From: Candidatus Nanohaloarchaea archaeon
GTDB lineage: Archaea; Nanohalarchaeota; Nanosalinia; Nanosalinales; Nanosalinaceae
Assembly: GCA_046497485.1 (NCBI GenBank)
Contig: JAWOFP010000038.1
Span: forward strand, 1 to 17,247
Direction: 5' to 3'
DNA: 17,247 bases
Shown here: one piece after another, positions 7,701-15,408 of the stretch
Layout: every line of letters starts with the position of its first letter
How positions within the stretch are numbered: position 1 is the first letter of the stretch
Made by a program: the position numbers and the translations under genes
Notes under the pieces: model-generated
What the model was told of the DNA's origin: nothing
What the model saw: only the letters and a program-made list of their open reading frames with translations
Databases searched by the model: none

Positions 7701-8517
7701 AAACTTCATAACAGGAAATATTTTAGCTCATAATACTCTCGAACTACCTGTCCCCCAAATGAAAAATTTAGGATACAATATTGAGAGAATGAAATCGCGT
7801 TCAGTTATTACACAGGTAGAAAATGAGATTGAGGCAGACGACGCTATTAGAACTAGTCTTCGTATGGGAGACTCTGCATTAGTAGTAGGAGAAGTCCGAT
7901 CGGAAGAAGCACAGGCCTTATATGAGGCTATGCGTGTTGGAGCTGTCGCAAACTTTGTTGGAGGAACTATCCACGGAGAAGATGCTTACTCTGTATTTGA
8001 CAGAGTTGTTAACGATCTTGGCGTACCTACCACAAGCTTCAAGGCCACAGACATCGTTGTAAGCGTCAATAAGATTAAGAGCCCTGATGGAATGGAGACC
8101 TACAGAAGAGTCACAGGAATCACAGAGGTTAGAAAGGAGTGGACCGATGACCCTCTTGAAGAAGATGCTTTTGTGGATTTAATGCGTTATGACAGCTCTA
8201 AGGACGAACTTGTGCCGACAGACACCTTGTTGAACGGTGAATCTGTTATTATGAACCGGATAGCTGAGAACGTTAAGGAATGGAAGAATGACTGGGAGGC
8301 GGTCTGGGACAATATAAAGATGCGGAAGGAGATGAAGCAGGCTATTGCTGATAAGGCTGATGAGACAGGAAACGACGAGCTTCTAGAGGCTGAGATGGCT
8401 GTAAAAGCGAATCAAAAGTTCCATCTTCTTGCAAACAAGGTCCAAGAAGAATACGGAGAGCAAAACGCTGAAAGAATATTGAATCGGTGGATGGAGTGGC
8501 TGGATCAACAGGCCTGA
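4771..8517 (+). CDS. Type II/IV secretion (VirB11/TadA/PilB-like) pilus assembly ATPase, intein-containing (about 751 aa after splicing)
   Basis: GLGVLELLLADPKVQDVYIN; GRPLDEANPVLD; LAFAFRRH; Walker A GTRGAGKT (6157-6180); Asp box TVED/TLEL split by the intein; Walker B LVVGEVR; GTIHG. ATG 4771 is preferred over GTG 4753. Confidence 0.95.
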   Translation: MTVHDKDVFGYEFEEDTGTVRINTLGSIYGASIEDYPEVMARVVDILQEVPNASSIILSESRDYEYSAEQVDMLKEIATTVQDISNQGLLSQNIRSEKCGQLYEEHLPDVQETVFTTLKQDPVGAYVELKRKKRHLSQSDDQYPQQSRCKRYFVQDVINPVIDRLEETQIISEASEYITGHHVGDREVYREFFHPLVRPNFMLTKYMSLPPERGEEVDRYNSRNNVEVSVYHVPGKTRPIYHVNPPEFNLPEEEYNLLDAARRFMASHEPGEGGEFAEPERMRDVFENIGRDMLRDIANQMGVDLNREEIEELGEILNRYTSGLGVLELLLADPKVQDVYINSPIGGSPIYIAHEEYGECETNLIPTKDEAESWATQFRIQSGRPLDEANPVLDTETEVKGGRARVAVIQENLSPEGLAFAFRRHRSRAWTLPLFVNNGMINALGAGLLSFIVDGNRSVLFAGTRGAGKTSLLSASMLEIMKNHRIVTVEDSVVGDSNILYKKNGEVKYGEIGELIDSLVEKYDCEDDERDILKSNPENIQVLSMDNDGKVHWSKATLFMRHEVEKPIYEVETRTGRKIKVTEDHSLFGPGETSLISEVKPTNLSSGDHIVTPRELKVPTERKSWDLTEKASELQGYFTGDMKLDTQREELKELAKEFGYSKYTVQYWIREGIIPSKIFDRINTGSHTGPIKYKHKRQSSKLPANIRLDEKFMEFLGLWVADGCYDNRSVIITVSNEDCREVVKTIFKRLNLPVKRHSDEHSLLANSQPLKEIMETFGFTGDAYSKRIPQWLFSADKNQRRAFLRGLYSGDGYATENEAGIDLINEELIEDIQTLLLIDGIRGRARDSGKMRSMRISDLEGLKKFKEKIGYLQEYKQKKLKVDDKVSTHDTSDIIPLERDFMQKLCKKHDLNSHDYITRENNLGRQNLQRIVKDSNESSTQMLRNLSNSDIFWDQVKSVEKISEKDKVYDISVPKDENFITGNILAHNTLELPVPQMKNLGYNIERMKSRSVITQVENEIEADDAIRTSLRMGDSALVVGEVRSEEAQALYEAMRVGAVANFVGGTIHGEDAYSVFDRVVNDLGVPTTSFKATDIVVSVNKIKSPDGMETYRRVTGITEVRKEWTDDPLEEDAFVDLMRYDSSKDELVPTDTLLNGESVIMNRIAENVKEWKNDWEAVWDNIKMRKEMKQAIADKADETGNDELLEAEMAVKANQKFHLLANKVQEEYGEQNAERILNRWMEWLDQQA
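6244..7734 (+). mobile_element. Intein (497 aa) with LAGLIDADG homing endonuclease
   Basis: Block A SVVGDSNI (Ser1); block B KIKVTEDHSLF; LAGLIDADG motifs FLGLWVADG and FLRGLYSGDG; block F/G VYDISVPKDENFITGNILAHN followed by Thr+1. Removing it restores IVTVED-TLELP. Confidence 0.95.
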
Positions 8518-8529
8518 GAGGTAATATAA

Positions 8530-10716
8530 ATGGATGAAGATCAAGAAGAACGACTAGATGACATCTTGGACGATATTGATAGAAATGTCAGGATGCCTCC
8601 ATATGATGAGGATTCAGAGGGCCAGAGTTACTCAAGAAGATATCAGGACTACAAGGATGATGAAGCCGAATCCGAGAAAAAGAACTCTTATGAAAATTTA
8701 TGCTATCAGATGTCATCTATTTTAGGCCTCAGCGCAGAAGAAAAAACTAAAAATAAACTCAATCCCGCTATTAAACTCCTAGACTGGGAAATCACTCCCG
8801 GAATGGTTCTTTCTGCCGCCATAGGCGTATTTTCGATTTCTTTTGGGCTCTGGTTTTTAGCAGTTATACTTAATGAGGCTACTGGAGTAGTTTTGAGCCA
8901 GGAATCAGGTCTGATCCCTCTATCCTTGATGATGATTTTTGGACTTGTTCCATTTATGGCCGGAATATATACTTTTTACAAGCCGATATTCGACGCTAAG
9001 AGCAAGGTAATTGAGAGCAGCGGAGAAATGATTCTAGCAATACTGTATATGGTTGTATACATGCGATCCTCCCCTAATCTTGAAGGCGCAGTACGATTTG
9101 CTGCTCTTAACCTTGAAGGCCCAATCTCCAAGGACTTGAAAAAAGTTTTATGGAGCGTCGAAGTCGGAGAGTTCAAGAGAATAGACAATGCGCTCGAAGA
9201 CTACACTCAAAGATGGAAAAATTACAACAAAGACTTCCTAGAATCCTTAAACCTTCTAAAGGCGGCTACAAATGAACCTAATCCTACAAGAAGAGATCGA
9301 CTATTACAGGACGCTATAGATAATATACTTGATGGGACACAGGAGAAGATGAAACATTATGCCCAGTCATTAGAGACTCCAGTAATGATTTTGAACGCGG
9401 TTGGAGCGCTTTTACCCGTCTTAGGAATGATAATGCTTCCATTAATCTCGGCATTCCTCGGAGGCCTTATAACACCGCTACACCTATTCATAATATTCAA
9501 TATTATGCTGCCTGCATTCCTCTGGATGTTCATGCAGAGAACATTAAGCAGCAGACCCCCAACAGTTCAAACTCAGCCAGTAAGCGAAGAATCGCTCCCA
9601 AAAAGAGGTTTTTACCAGTTCAACATTTCAGGAGAAAACTATAATTTACCTACATGGCCCATAGGCCTGACAATCGCATTCGTAATATCGCTTTACGGCC
9701 TCATAGGATATCTGGCGTTCCCTCATGTCTACCCGGTCTCAGATTCATCAATAGTATCATCTGCGCCCTCAATATTTGTTGAGGACGGAGATCTCTCTCC
9801 ATTTCCCATGCTTTTGAGGAGCATGACGATAATCTTCGGAGTAGGCCTAGGCATAGGTATGAGTAAGACTCTAGGGAATATAAGCCGGCAGCGAGAAGAA
9901 AAAAAGCTTAGAGAGATCGAATCAGAGTTCCCTAACGCACTCTTCGAACTGGGAAACAAGATTTCAGGCGGAACCCCAATAGAGCTAGGCCTAGATCAAG
10001 CAGCACAGTCTACCCAAGATCTAGAAATATCGGAATTATTTGAAGTCTCCTCTAGAAACATCAAGGAGATGGGGATGACATTCGAAGACTCTATCTTTGA
10101 CCCTGATTACGGTGCTTTGAAGCAGTTCCCAAGCCAGATGATCAAGACAGTTATGAAAGCCATACTAGAATCATCCGAGAAAGGAACAAACATGGCCTCA
10201 AGTGCGATGATGACAATCTCTCGCTACCTGAAAAATATTCACAAGACACAGGAGCAGCTCAAAGACCTGATGCAAGACACTACCACAACTATCCAGATGC
10301 TTGCATACATGCTTGCGCCAATTGTTTCAGGTGTCGCAGTAGGAATGTCCCAAACAATTATTACAGGCCTCTATCAGCTTTCAAACTCTTTCGAAATAGA
10401 TGGAGCTGCCGCACCAGAAGGAGAAGAAGTTGCAGGAGGCGCACCAGGAATAGGAGGCGGAGAAGGCACAATACTTTCCAACCTTGACTCAGCTATTCCT
10501 CCAGAAATGCTTCAGTTCGTGGTAGGCCTCTACCTAATCCAGCTACTGTATATCCTCGGAACCTTCTACATGAAGATCACGAGAGGAGAGGACCAGACTT
10601 ACAAGAATATGTTCATCGGAAAAATAATGATATCAGGCATGTTCTTCTACATGATAACAGTCACAATAATCAGCCTACTGTTCGGAGGCCTAATGACCGG
10701 GGTGGCAGGACAGTGA
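8530..10716 (+). CDS. Type IV pilus membrane platform protein, fused TadB/TadC (two GspF/T2SSF-like halves; 728 aa)
   Basis: Directly downstream of the ATPase with SD GAGGT. Two cytoplasmic-domain plus TM repeats: ILYMVVYMRSSPNLEGAVRFAA and EFPNALFELGNKISGGTPIELGL, each followed by TM helices. Confidence 0.88.
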   Translation: MDEDQEERLDDILDDIDRNVRMPPYDEDSEGQSYSRRYQDYKDDEAESEKKNSYENLCYQMSSILGLSAEEKTKNKLNPAIKLLDWEITPGMVLSAAIGVFSISFGLWFLAVILNEATGVVLSQESGLIPLSLMMIFGLVPFMAGIYTFYKPIFDAKSKVIESSGEMILAILYMVVYMRSSPNLEGAVRFAALNLEGPISKDLKKVLWSVEVGEFKRIDNALEDYTQRWKNYNKDFLESLNLLKAATNEPNPTRRDRLLQDAIDNILDGTQEKMKHYAQSLETPVMILNAVGALLPVLGMIMLPLISAFLGGLITPLHLFIIFNIMLPAFLWMFMQRTLSSRPPTVQTQPVSEESLPKRGFYQFNISGENYNLPTWPIGLTIAFVISLYGLIGYLAFPHVYPVSDSSIVSSAPSIFVEDGDLSPFPMLLRSMTIIFGVGLGIGMSKTLGNISRQREEKKLREIESEFPNALFELGNKISGGTPIELGLDQAAQSTQDLEISELFEVSSRNIKEMGMTFEDSIFDPDYGALKQFPSQMIKTVMKAILESSEKGTNMASSAMMTISRYLKNIHKTQEQLKDLMQDTTTTIQMLAYMLAPIVSGVAVGMSQTIITGLYQLSNSFEIDGAAAPEGEEVAGGAPGIGGGEGTILSNLDSAIPPEMLQFVVGLYLIQLLYILGTFYMKITRGEDQTYKNMFIGKIMISGMFFYMITVTIISLLFGGLMTGVAGQ

Positions 10717-10847
10717 AAGGAAAGATCACGATGAAATACTTGATAATCGCTCTTGTAGGAATAGTTGCTCTACTAGTAGTAGCATCAGTAGCATCAAACC
10801 TAGTTGAATCAGCAGCCTCAAACGCCATAGGCGACGCCTTCAACTGA
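10713..10847 (+). CDS. Very small pilin-like protein with class III signal (44 aa; not in ORF track)
   Basis: GTG overlaps the platform stop (GTGA). MKG|KITMKYLIIALVGIVALLVVASVASNLVESAASNAIGDAFN*. An in-frame ATG at 10731 is an alternative start. Confidence 0.75.
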   Translation: MKGKITMKYLIIALVGIVALLVVASVASNLVESAASNAIGDAFN

Positions 10848-10858
10848 AAGACTTAAAT
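10846..10858 (+). promoter_or_regulatory. BRE-TATA-like promoter GAAAGACTTAAAT, probably leaderless transcript
   Basis: The TATA-like element ends about 25 nt before GTG 10883; it shares AAGACTT with the element at 16845-16857. Confidence 0.55.
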
Positions 10859-10882
10859 CCAGAGAAATTCCAAATATAAAAT

Positions 10883-11080
10883 GTGAAAACCTTCAAAGGC
10901 CAAGAAGGCCTCTCTATCGAAGTACTGATAGGCCTTGTATTCTCACTAGTAGTCGCTCTATTAGTTATACTGATAGTCTTACCAGCAATAATGAACACTG
11001 AAGACGCAGCAAGTTGTGTAGGCTACTTGAGAGGCATAGGATCGATAATCTCCGACTTAACAGGTGTATCAATATGCTAG
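10883..11080 (+). CDS. Small pilin with class III signal peptide (65 aa)
   Basis: MKTFKG|QEGLSIEVLIGLVFSLVVALLVILIVLP; two C-terminal Cys. Confidence 0.85.
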   Translation: MKTFKGQEGLSIEVLIGLVFSLVVALLVILIVLPAIMNTEDAASCVGYLRGIGSIISDLTGVSIC

Positions 11081-13110
11081 GAAGTATGGGTATAAGAACA
11101 ATACTAAGCTTAGTATTAGGCCTTATGATTCTAGGAACATTAGTGTCTTTCTCTACAGTCGGCAGCATCGGCGGAGCGATCGAGCAGGGATTCGGCCAGA
11201 TAGGAGATCAAACCGATTTCACAACAGAGGTCAGCAGCAAAGAAACTTTTTCAGATTTGGCTATGTTCGTCGCAGACAGATCGAGAAATTGCAATGACGT
11301 AGAGGAAAGAATTGATGGCAACCAACTAGGCCCTGATCCCAGATCATCTATCACTGGTTACCCCGGATTGAAAGGAACTAGACTGGGTCAAAAACCTGAC
11401 TGTATCGGAGCAGATGCATCCATATTAAGAGGAGTAGGTAATAAGGTGCCCGTTGTGCCAGGATCAAATGATAATTACATGCCAGGTATATATTCACGTG
11501 AAAAATTTGAGATAGACATAGATGAAGGAGATAAAATAGTAATAAGTGATGACCGTGCGCCTACAAGCGGTGCGGAGGATAATTATAATGTAAATGATCA
11601 ATGGATTGAGAATAGAATTGCCGCAGTTTCCGGGAATTCCTATCAATCTCAGATTGATCTAGACGCTGATTCTCATGTAGGTTCAAAGTATAATTATGTT
11701 GTATTCTTTGAAGATTCAACTAATGCTCAAAGCAGGACTAACCAATTACTTGAAGAATGGGAAGATCCTAACGGGAATAAAATATATTCTGATAGAGTTT
11801 GGGGTACAAACGATGAAACTAATTGGCACTTATGGACTGACAATGAAAATAATATAAGGTTTCATGCGACCGATTTAGTGCTTTGCAATGGCGATAAAGG
11901 ATATATTCAAGTTAACCATGAAGGCCTATTGAACGATGGAAATTACAATAACAAGGGGGGAACATCAGAATTCCCTCGAATTGTTATTACAGAAACAGGG
12001 GAAAACTGTGTAAACGAAGATTTAGACCAAACCGAGCCTTACGAGGGAGATGTAGAAGGCCCTATGCTAGAAATTACCGGGGACGTAGATGAATTCCCTA
12101 ATACTGAGAAGTTTACACTATCACAAAGCAGGAGCTCTATGGGAGCTGAGGACGCCTCAGAAAATATGTGTCAAATAAAGTATATGCAGAAAAACCCCAT
12201 TCTGGCCCCCCATGTAGTTGTAAGAGAATACAGACCTGGATTGATTATTCAGTCGGATCAGGAGAACTTTAACCTAGATTATTGGAGAGAAGCCACGTCA
12301 TATAGTGATAGAGGAGATGATGGATGGGATCTCATTGATGCGTTGGAATTAAATGAAAACTATATTAATCCTCCAAGTGAAGCAGGAAGCTTAAGATTGA
12401 AAAATAAAAATGAGGGACAAAATCTTATGTATGGAGATCTTCTATGCGCGCCTTCTGAAGATGGTAGCGAGGTAAACTGGAATTTATGCCACTCAGATGT
12501 GGACAGCAGAGATAATGCAGAGTACGGGGCCTTCACTTATTCCTGTAATGGAGATAATTGGAATTTAGATCAGACAGGATTTACTGAAGTAACATCTGAG
12601 CCAAATGATATTTATCCAAATAGTGATTTTGTAAGTCCTCTTGGTTCCGGAGGTTATTCACTAAATTTCAACGATGTCAAAGATGGAGAGTTCGGATATA
12701 TGTCTTGGGAAGACAATCTAGTCGGAGGATGGGAGGCAATAGAGGTTAACTTAGAAATATCCACTATAGATGAAGGAGAAGCATTAATGGTTGGCGAAGG
12801 CCGAATCAGTGGAGAGCCACTAAATCTATACTTTAGGCATTTTGATGGGGCAAAAGAGATAGTAATATCTGAACCTGATGGAAGCGGTGAAGTAGTACTA
12901 GATAACTGGGAGACCGGTAAAGAATATCTAGTAACTTTTAGCAGAACTAACAACAGAGTATCTGTGAGGGAAGAAGGAGATGATAGAGATAGCGGAGAAA
13001 TCGGTTATGACTTGTCTCTAATAGATATTAGAGTGCAAGAAAATAATTTCGTAGAAGGCTCCTCGACGAGCATTGAGGCAGATATTAATGAGGTTATGAT
13101 AAAACCATGA
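11074..13110 (+). CDS. Large pilin-anchored surface protein, putative adhesin/minor pilin (678 aa)
   Basis: ATG 11074 with AGGTG SD, overlapping the upstream stop, is preferred over 11014. MLG|SMGIRTILSLVLGLMILGTLVSF helix, then an acidic, Gly/Asn/Trp-rich beta-type ectodomain with 8 Cys. Confidence 0.75.
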   Translation: MLGSMGIRTILSLVLGLMILGTLVSFSTVGSIGGAIEQGFGQIGDQTDFTTEVSSKETFSDLAMFVADRSRNCNDVEERIDGNQLGPDPRSSITGYPGLKGTRLGQKPDCIGADASILRGVGNKVPVVPGSNDNYMPGIYSREKFEIDIDEGDKIVISDDRAPTSGAEDNYNVNDQWIENRIAAVSGNSYQSQIDLDADSHVGSKYNYVVFFEDSTNAQSRTNQLLEEWEDPNGNKIYSDRVWGTNDETNWHLWTDNENNIRFHATDLVLCNGDKGYIQVNHEGLLNDGNYNNKGGTSEFPRIVITETGENCVNEDLDQTEPYEGDVEGPMLEITGDVDEFPNTEKFTLSQSRSSMGAEDASENMCQIKYMQKNPILAPHVVVREYRPGLIIQSDQENFNLDYWREATSYSDRGDDGWDLIDALELNENYINPPSEAGSLRLKNKNEGQNLMYGDLLCAPSEDGSEVNWNLCHSDVDSRDNAEYGAFTYSCNGDNWNLDQTGFTEVTSEPNDIYPNSDFVSPLGSGGYSLNFNDVKDGEFGYMSWEDNLVGGWEAIEVNLEISTIDEGEALMVGEGRISGEPLNLYFRHFDGAKEIVISEPDGSGEVVLDNWETGKEYLVTFSRTNNRVSVREEGDDRDSGEIGYDLSLIDIRVQENNFVEGSSTSIEADINEVMIKP

Positions 13111-13253
13111 AAGGGATCGAGTTTTCAATTAGGACAATTGCAATGATAGCACTTGGAATCATGGTTATAGTACTGATTTATGTCAGCTTCGAGACTTGGT
13201 TCACAGATATTGTAGAACAGTTCCTAGGAAATATTGAATATGCGGAGCCTTGA
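13107..13253 (+). CDS. Very small pilin-like protein with class III signal (48 aa; not in ORF track)
   Basis: ATGA overlap with the upstream stop; GAGGT upstream; MKG|IEFSIRTIAMIALGIMVIVLIYVSFETWFTDIVEQFLGNIEYAEP*. Confidence 0.82.
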   Translation: MKGIEFSIRTIAMIALGIMVIVLIYVSFETWFTDIVEQFLGNIEYAEP

Positions 13254-13294
13254 CTGGAAAATCTATTTCAACGAGGAACCAGCAATTTAGTTAT

Positions 13295-13453
13295 ATGAAA
13301 GGCCTCAATGTTTCAATATCTCTAGTAGTAATTCTCATGGTAAGTATAACTGTGGTGGTAATTATTTCTATGATTCTCTCTAACAATGTTTCAGGTCTTG
13401 AAAGCTTCGCAATCAATAATATCAAAGGTAGTCTTGGAGGAGTTTTAGGATGA
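13295..13453 (+). CDS. Small pilin with class III signal (52 aa)
   Basis: Start reassigned to ATG 13295, giving MKG|LNVSISLVVILMVSITVVVIISMIL. Confidence 0.8.
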   Translation: MKGLNVSISLVVILMVSITVVVIISMILSNNVSGLESFAINNIKGSLGGVLG

Positions 13454-13632
13454 GGACTATTGTAGCAGCAATGGTAACGATAGTCTTGGTCATATTTGTA
13501 ATAGTTGGAATTTATGCAGCCACTGATGTAGCTCTTAATTCTGCAGGAGCCGAATTTATGTCTAGCTCAGATTTCATAAGCGGCTGTCTAGGTGGAGGCG
13601 AAGAATGCAACTTGTTTGGAGGCGGTAATTAA
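13450..13632 (+). CDS. Small pilin-like protein without a KG leader (60 aa)
   Basis: ATGA overlap; MRTIVAAMVTIVLVIFVIVGIYAA helix; Cys pair near the C-terminus. An in-frame TAG at 13429 excludes a longer leader. Confidence 0.75.
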   Translation: MRTIVAAMVTIVLVIFVIVGIYAATDVALNSAGAEFMSSSDFISGCLGGGEECNLFGGGN

Positions 13633-14042
13633 TGGTGCAGGCAGATGCTCCAGTATTCATAATACTTGGAGTGATGGCCGTCTTAGTAGGCCTAGTACCA
13701 GTTCTAGGTTTTGTTGAGAACTTTGGTACCAGTTCACAAGAAACAAATGTGGATCAGTTAAACAAGCTGAGCAATCAGATAGGTAGTACATGTGAGCAGC
13801 TGGACAACTATGAGACGGTTTTGACAACTAAAGTCGATATTTCATTAAGGAGTGGCGCAACTCTAACAGTAGATGATAAAGAAGTGGTTCTTGAAGATGA
13901 GAGTGAGGAGATAAGAGAATTAGAATGCACAAAGAATATAGATTTCAACGTAGAAGATAGCTCCGAGGATAAAATTCAAGCTGGATCTTCCACTGCATCA
14001 ATTTCAGGAGAAGATAATACAGTCGTAGTTGAGGTGGAATGA
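13632..14042 (+). CDS. Minor pilin-like protein without a KG leader (136 aa)
   Basis: TAATG overlap; MVQADAPVFIILGVMAVLVGLVPVLGFV; amphipathic helix QLNKLSNQIGSTC, then beta strands; 2 Cys. Confidence 0.75.
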   Translation: MVQADAPVFIILGVMAVLVGLVPVLGFVENFGTSSQETNVDQLNKLSNQIGSTCEQLDNYETVLTTKVDISLRSGATLTVDDKEVVLEDESEEIRELECTKNIDFNVEDSSEDKIQAGSSTASISGEDNTVVVEVE

Positions 14043-14043
14043 A

Positions 14044-14427
14044 GTGAAAGGTCAGGCCTCTTATCCATTTTCAATGATTGAAGCATCTTTTACTTTTTTA
14101 CTGGTGATAGGGGTAGCATATGGGATGCAGGGATATACTGCAGATTTCCTAAAGGGAGAAACTGCTGATTTGAGAGCTGATAGAATGGAACATGCGGCAG
14201 AAATGATGCAGTATTACAATGATGGTTCTGCCGAGTTAGATATTTCAGGTTATGAAGTTAAAGAAGACAATCAGGTAATTTATTTGAGATATGATTCTGC
14301 TGAAGAACAACGAGACCTGTCTAATCTCCAGTATTCAGGGATCTCAGGACCAGATGAATATGAAGAATATTCTAGCGTGTGCCTCAATAAAACCGGAGAA
14401 AGCCTTGATATTTCGGAGGAGTGTTAA
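14044..14427 (+). CDS. Minor pilin with class III signal (127 aa)
   Basis: GTG 14044 after GAGGTG SD, giving MKG|QASYPFSMIEASFTFLLVIGVAYGM; 2 C-terminal Cys. Confidence 0.8.
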   Translation: MKGQASYPFSMIEASFTFLLVIGVAYGMQGYTADFLKGETADLRADRMEHAAEMMQYYNDGSAELDISGYEVKEDNQVIYLRYDSAEEQRDLSNLQYSGISGPDEYEEYSSVCLNKTGESLDISEEC

Positions 14428-14873
14428 TGGATCTCTACAATATAGTGACTAAAATCCCTTATTTGATGATGCTCGGTATAGGCCTGGTAATAGTACTACA
14501 GATATTTGTGGGCGGTTTGAACGATCTATCAGTAAGAGTTGATAATGTCCCTTCGGAAGAATATAACAAGTCATTAGCCACAGAGGGAATACTGAACCTA
14601 GGGCAGAGACGAGGGATAGTACCGATCGAATACTTCACAGAGGAAGGCGAAGACCCTGGTTTCAGAGCAGATGGCGCAACATGTTATTTCGATGGGATAA
14701 ATCGATTAGATGGAGAAAACCTAGCTTTCCGAATAAGCTCAGAACAGTTAGAACCCGATGAGGGCGGAGTATGCCAAGGAGTTATACCTCCAAATCAAGC
14801 CTATCACACAAGAATTCTTCTGAAAAACGGAAGCGAAATGGTCCCAGCAATGGTGTCAGTCTATGAACCTTAA
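14427..14873 (+). CDS. Minor pilin-like protein without a KG leader (148 aa)
   Basis: TAATG overlap and GGAGG SD favour ATG 14427; MDLYNIVTKIPYLMMLGIGLVIVLQIFVGGL; 2 Cys. Confidence 0.75.
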   Translation: MDLYNIVTKIPYLMMLGIGLVIVLQIFVGGLNDLSVRVDNVPSEEYNKSLATEGILNLGQRRGIVPIEYFTEEGEDPGFRADGATCYFDGINRLDGENLAFRISSEQLEPDEGGVCQGVIPPNQAYHTRILLKNGSEMVPAMVSVYEP

Positions 14874-15408
14874 GGCACAGGGAATGATAATTGAAATCAT
14901 AATATTCGGGTTCGTGATATTCTTTTCTATAGCTATATTTTTCCTTTTGACCGCTTCGGATGCTGTAAAAGAGGAAAATATAGAGTCAGATATTGAGCAT
15001 TCTCTTGGGGCTGTCGGCGGAGAAGCCGCGATGACTTATTTATTGAATCAGGAAATTGACTATAAAATATCTGAAGAAGACAAATACAATGTGACTTTTG
15101 ATAAAATACTTCAGGCCTATTATTCGACTGATTCAGATGTTAGAATCAACAGCACTAGATTTGATAGAGAAGAGGTAAGAGATGATATCAAGGCCTATCT
15201 GGATTATAACTATCCTAGCTCTTTCTCCAATACTGGAAGCACAATCAATTATCCTGGGAAGAGAGGAGTAATCAATATCACTCATGAAGACAGTTACATT
15301 GAGCATAGAAATGGTCCTAAAAGCGAAAATCAGGAATGGAACGATTTTAGGAGAAAAATCCCTACAAGCGACGGAGATGTAGAGGTAATTTTATGGCAGG
15401 CAGAATGA
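14863..15408 (+). CDS. Minor pilin with class III signal (181 aa)
   Basis: MNLKA|QGMIIEIIIFGFVIFFSIAIFFLL; overlaps the upstream gene end. Confidence 0.82.
   Translation: MNLKAQGMIIEIIIFGFVIFFSIAIFFLLTASDAVKEENIESDIEHSLGAVGGEAAMTYLLNQEIDYKISEEDKYNVTFDKILQAYYSTDSDVRINSTRFDREEVRDDIKAYLDYNYPSSFSNTGSTINYPGKRGVINITHEDSYIEHRNGPKSENQEWNDFRRKIPTSDGDVEVILWQAE

Noticed and set aside
4753..10716. Calling the ATPase and platform arlI/arlJ (archaellum)
   Set aside because: No archaellin, ArlF/G or KaiC-like ArlH is visible, and the pilins are short and Cys-containing. A non-archaellar type IV pilus is more consistent, so no gene symbols were assigned.
11014..14426. ORF-track starts at 11014, 13250, 14029 and 14421
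   Set aside because: Downstream starts (11074, 13295, 14044, 14427) give SD motifs, stop/start overlaps or intact MKG leaders.
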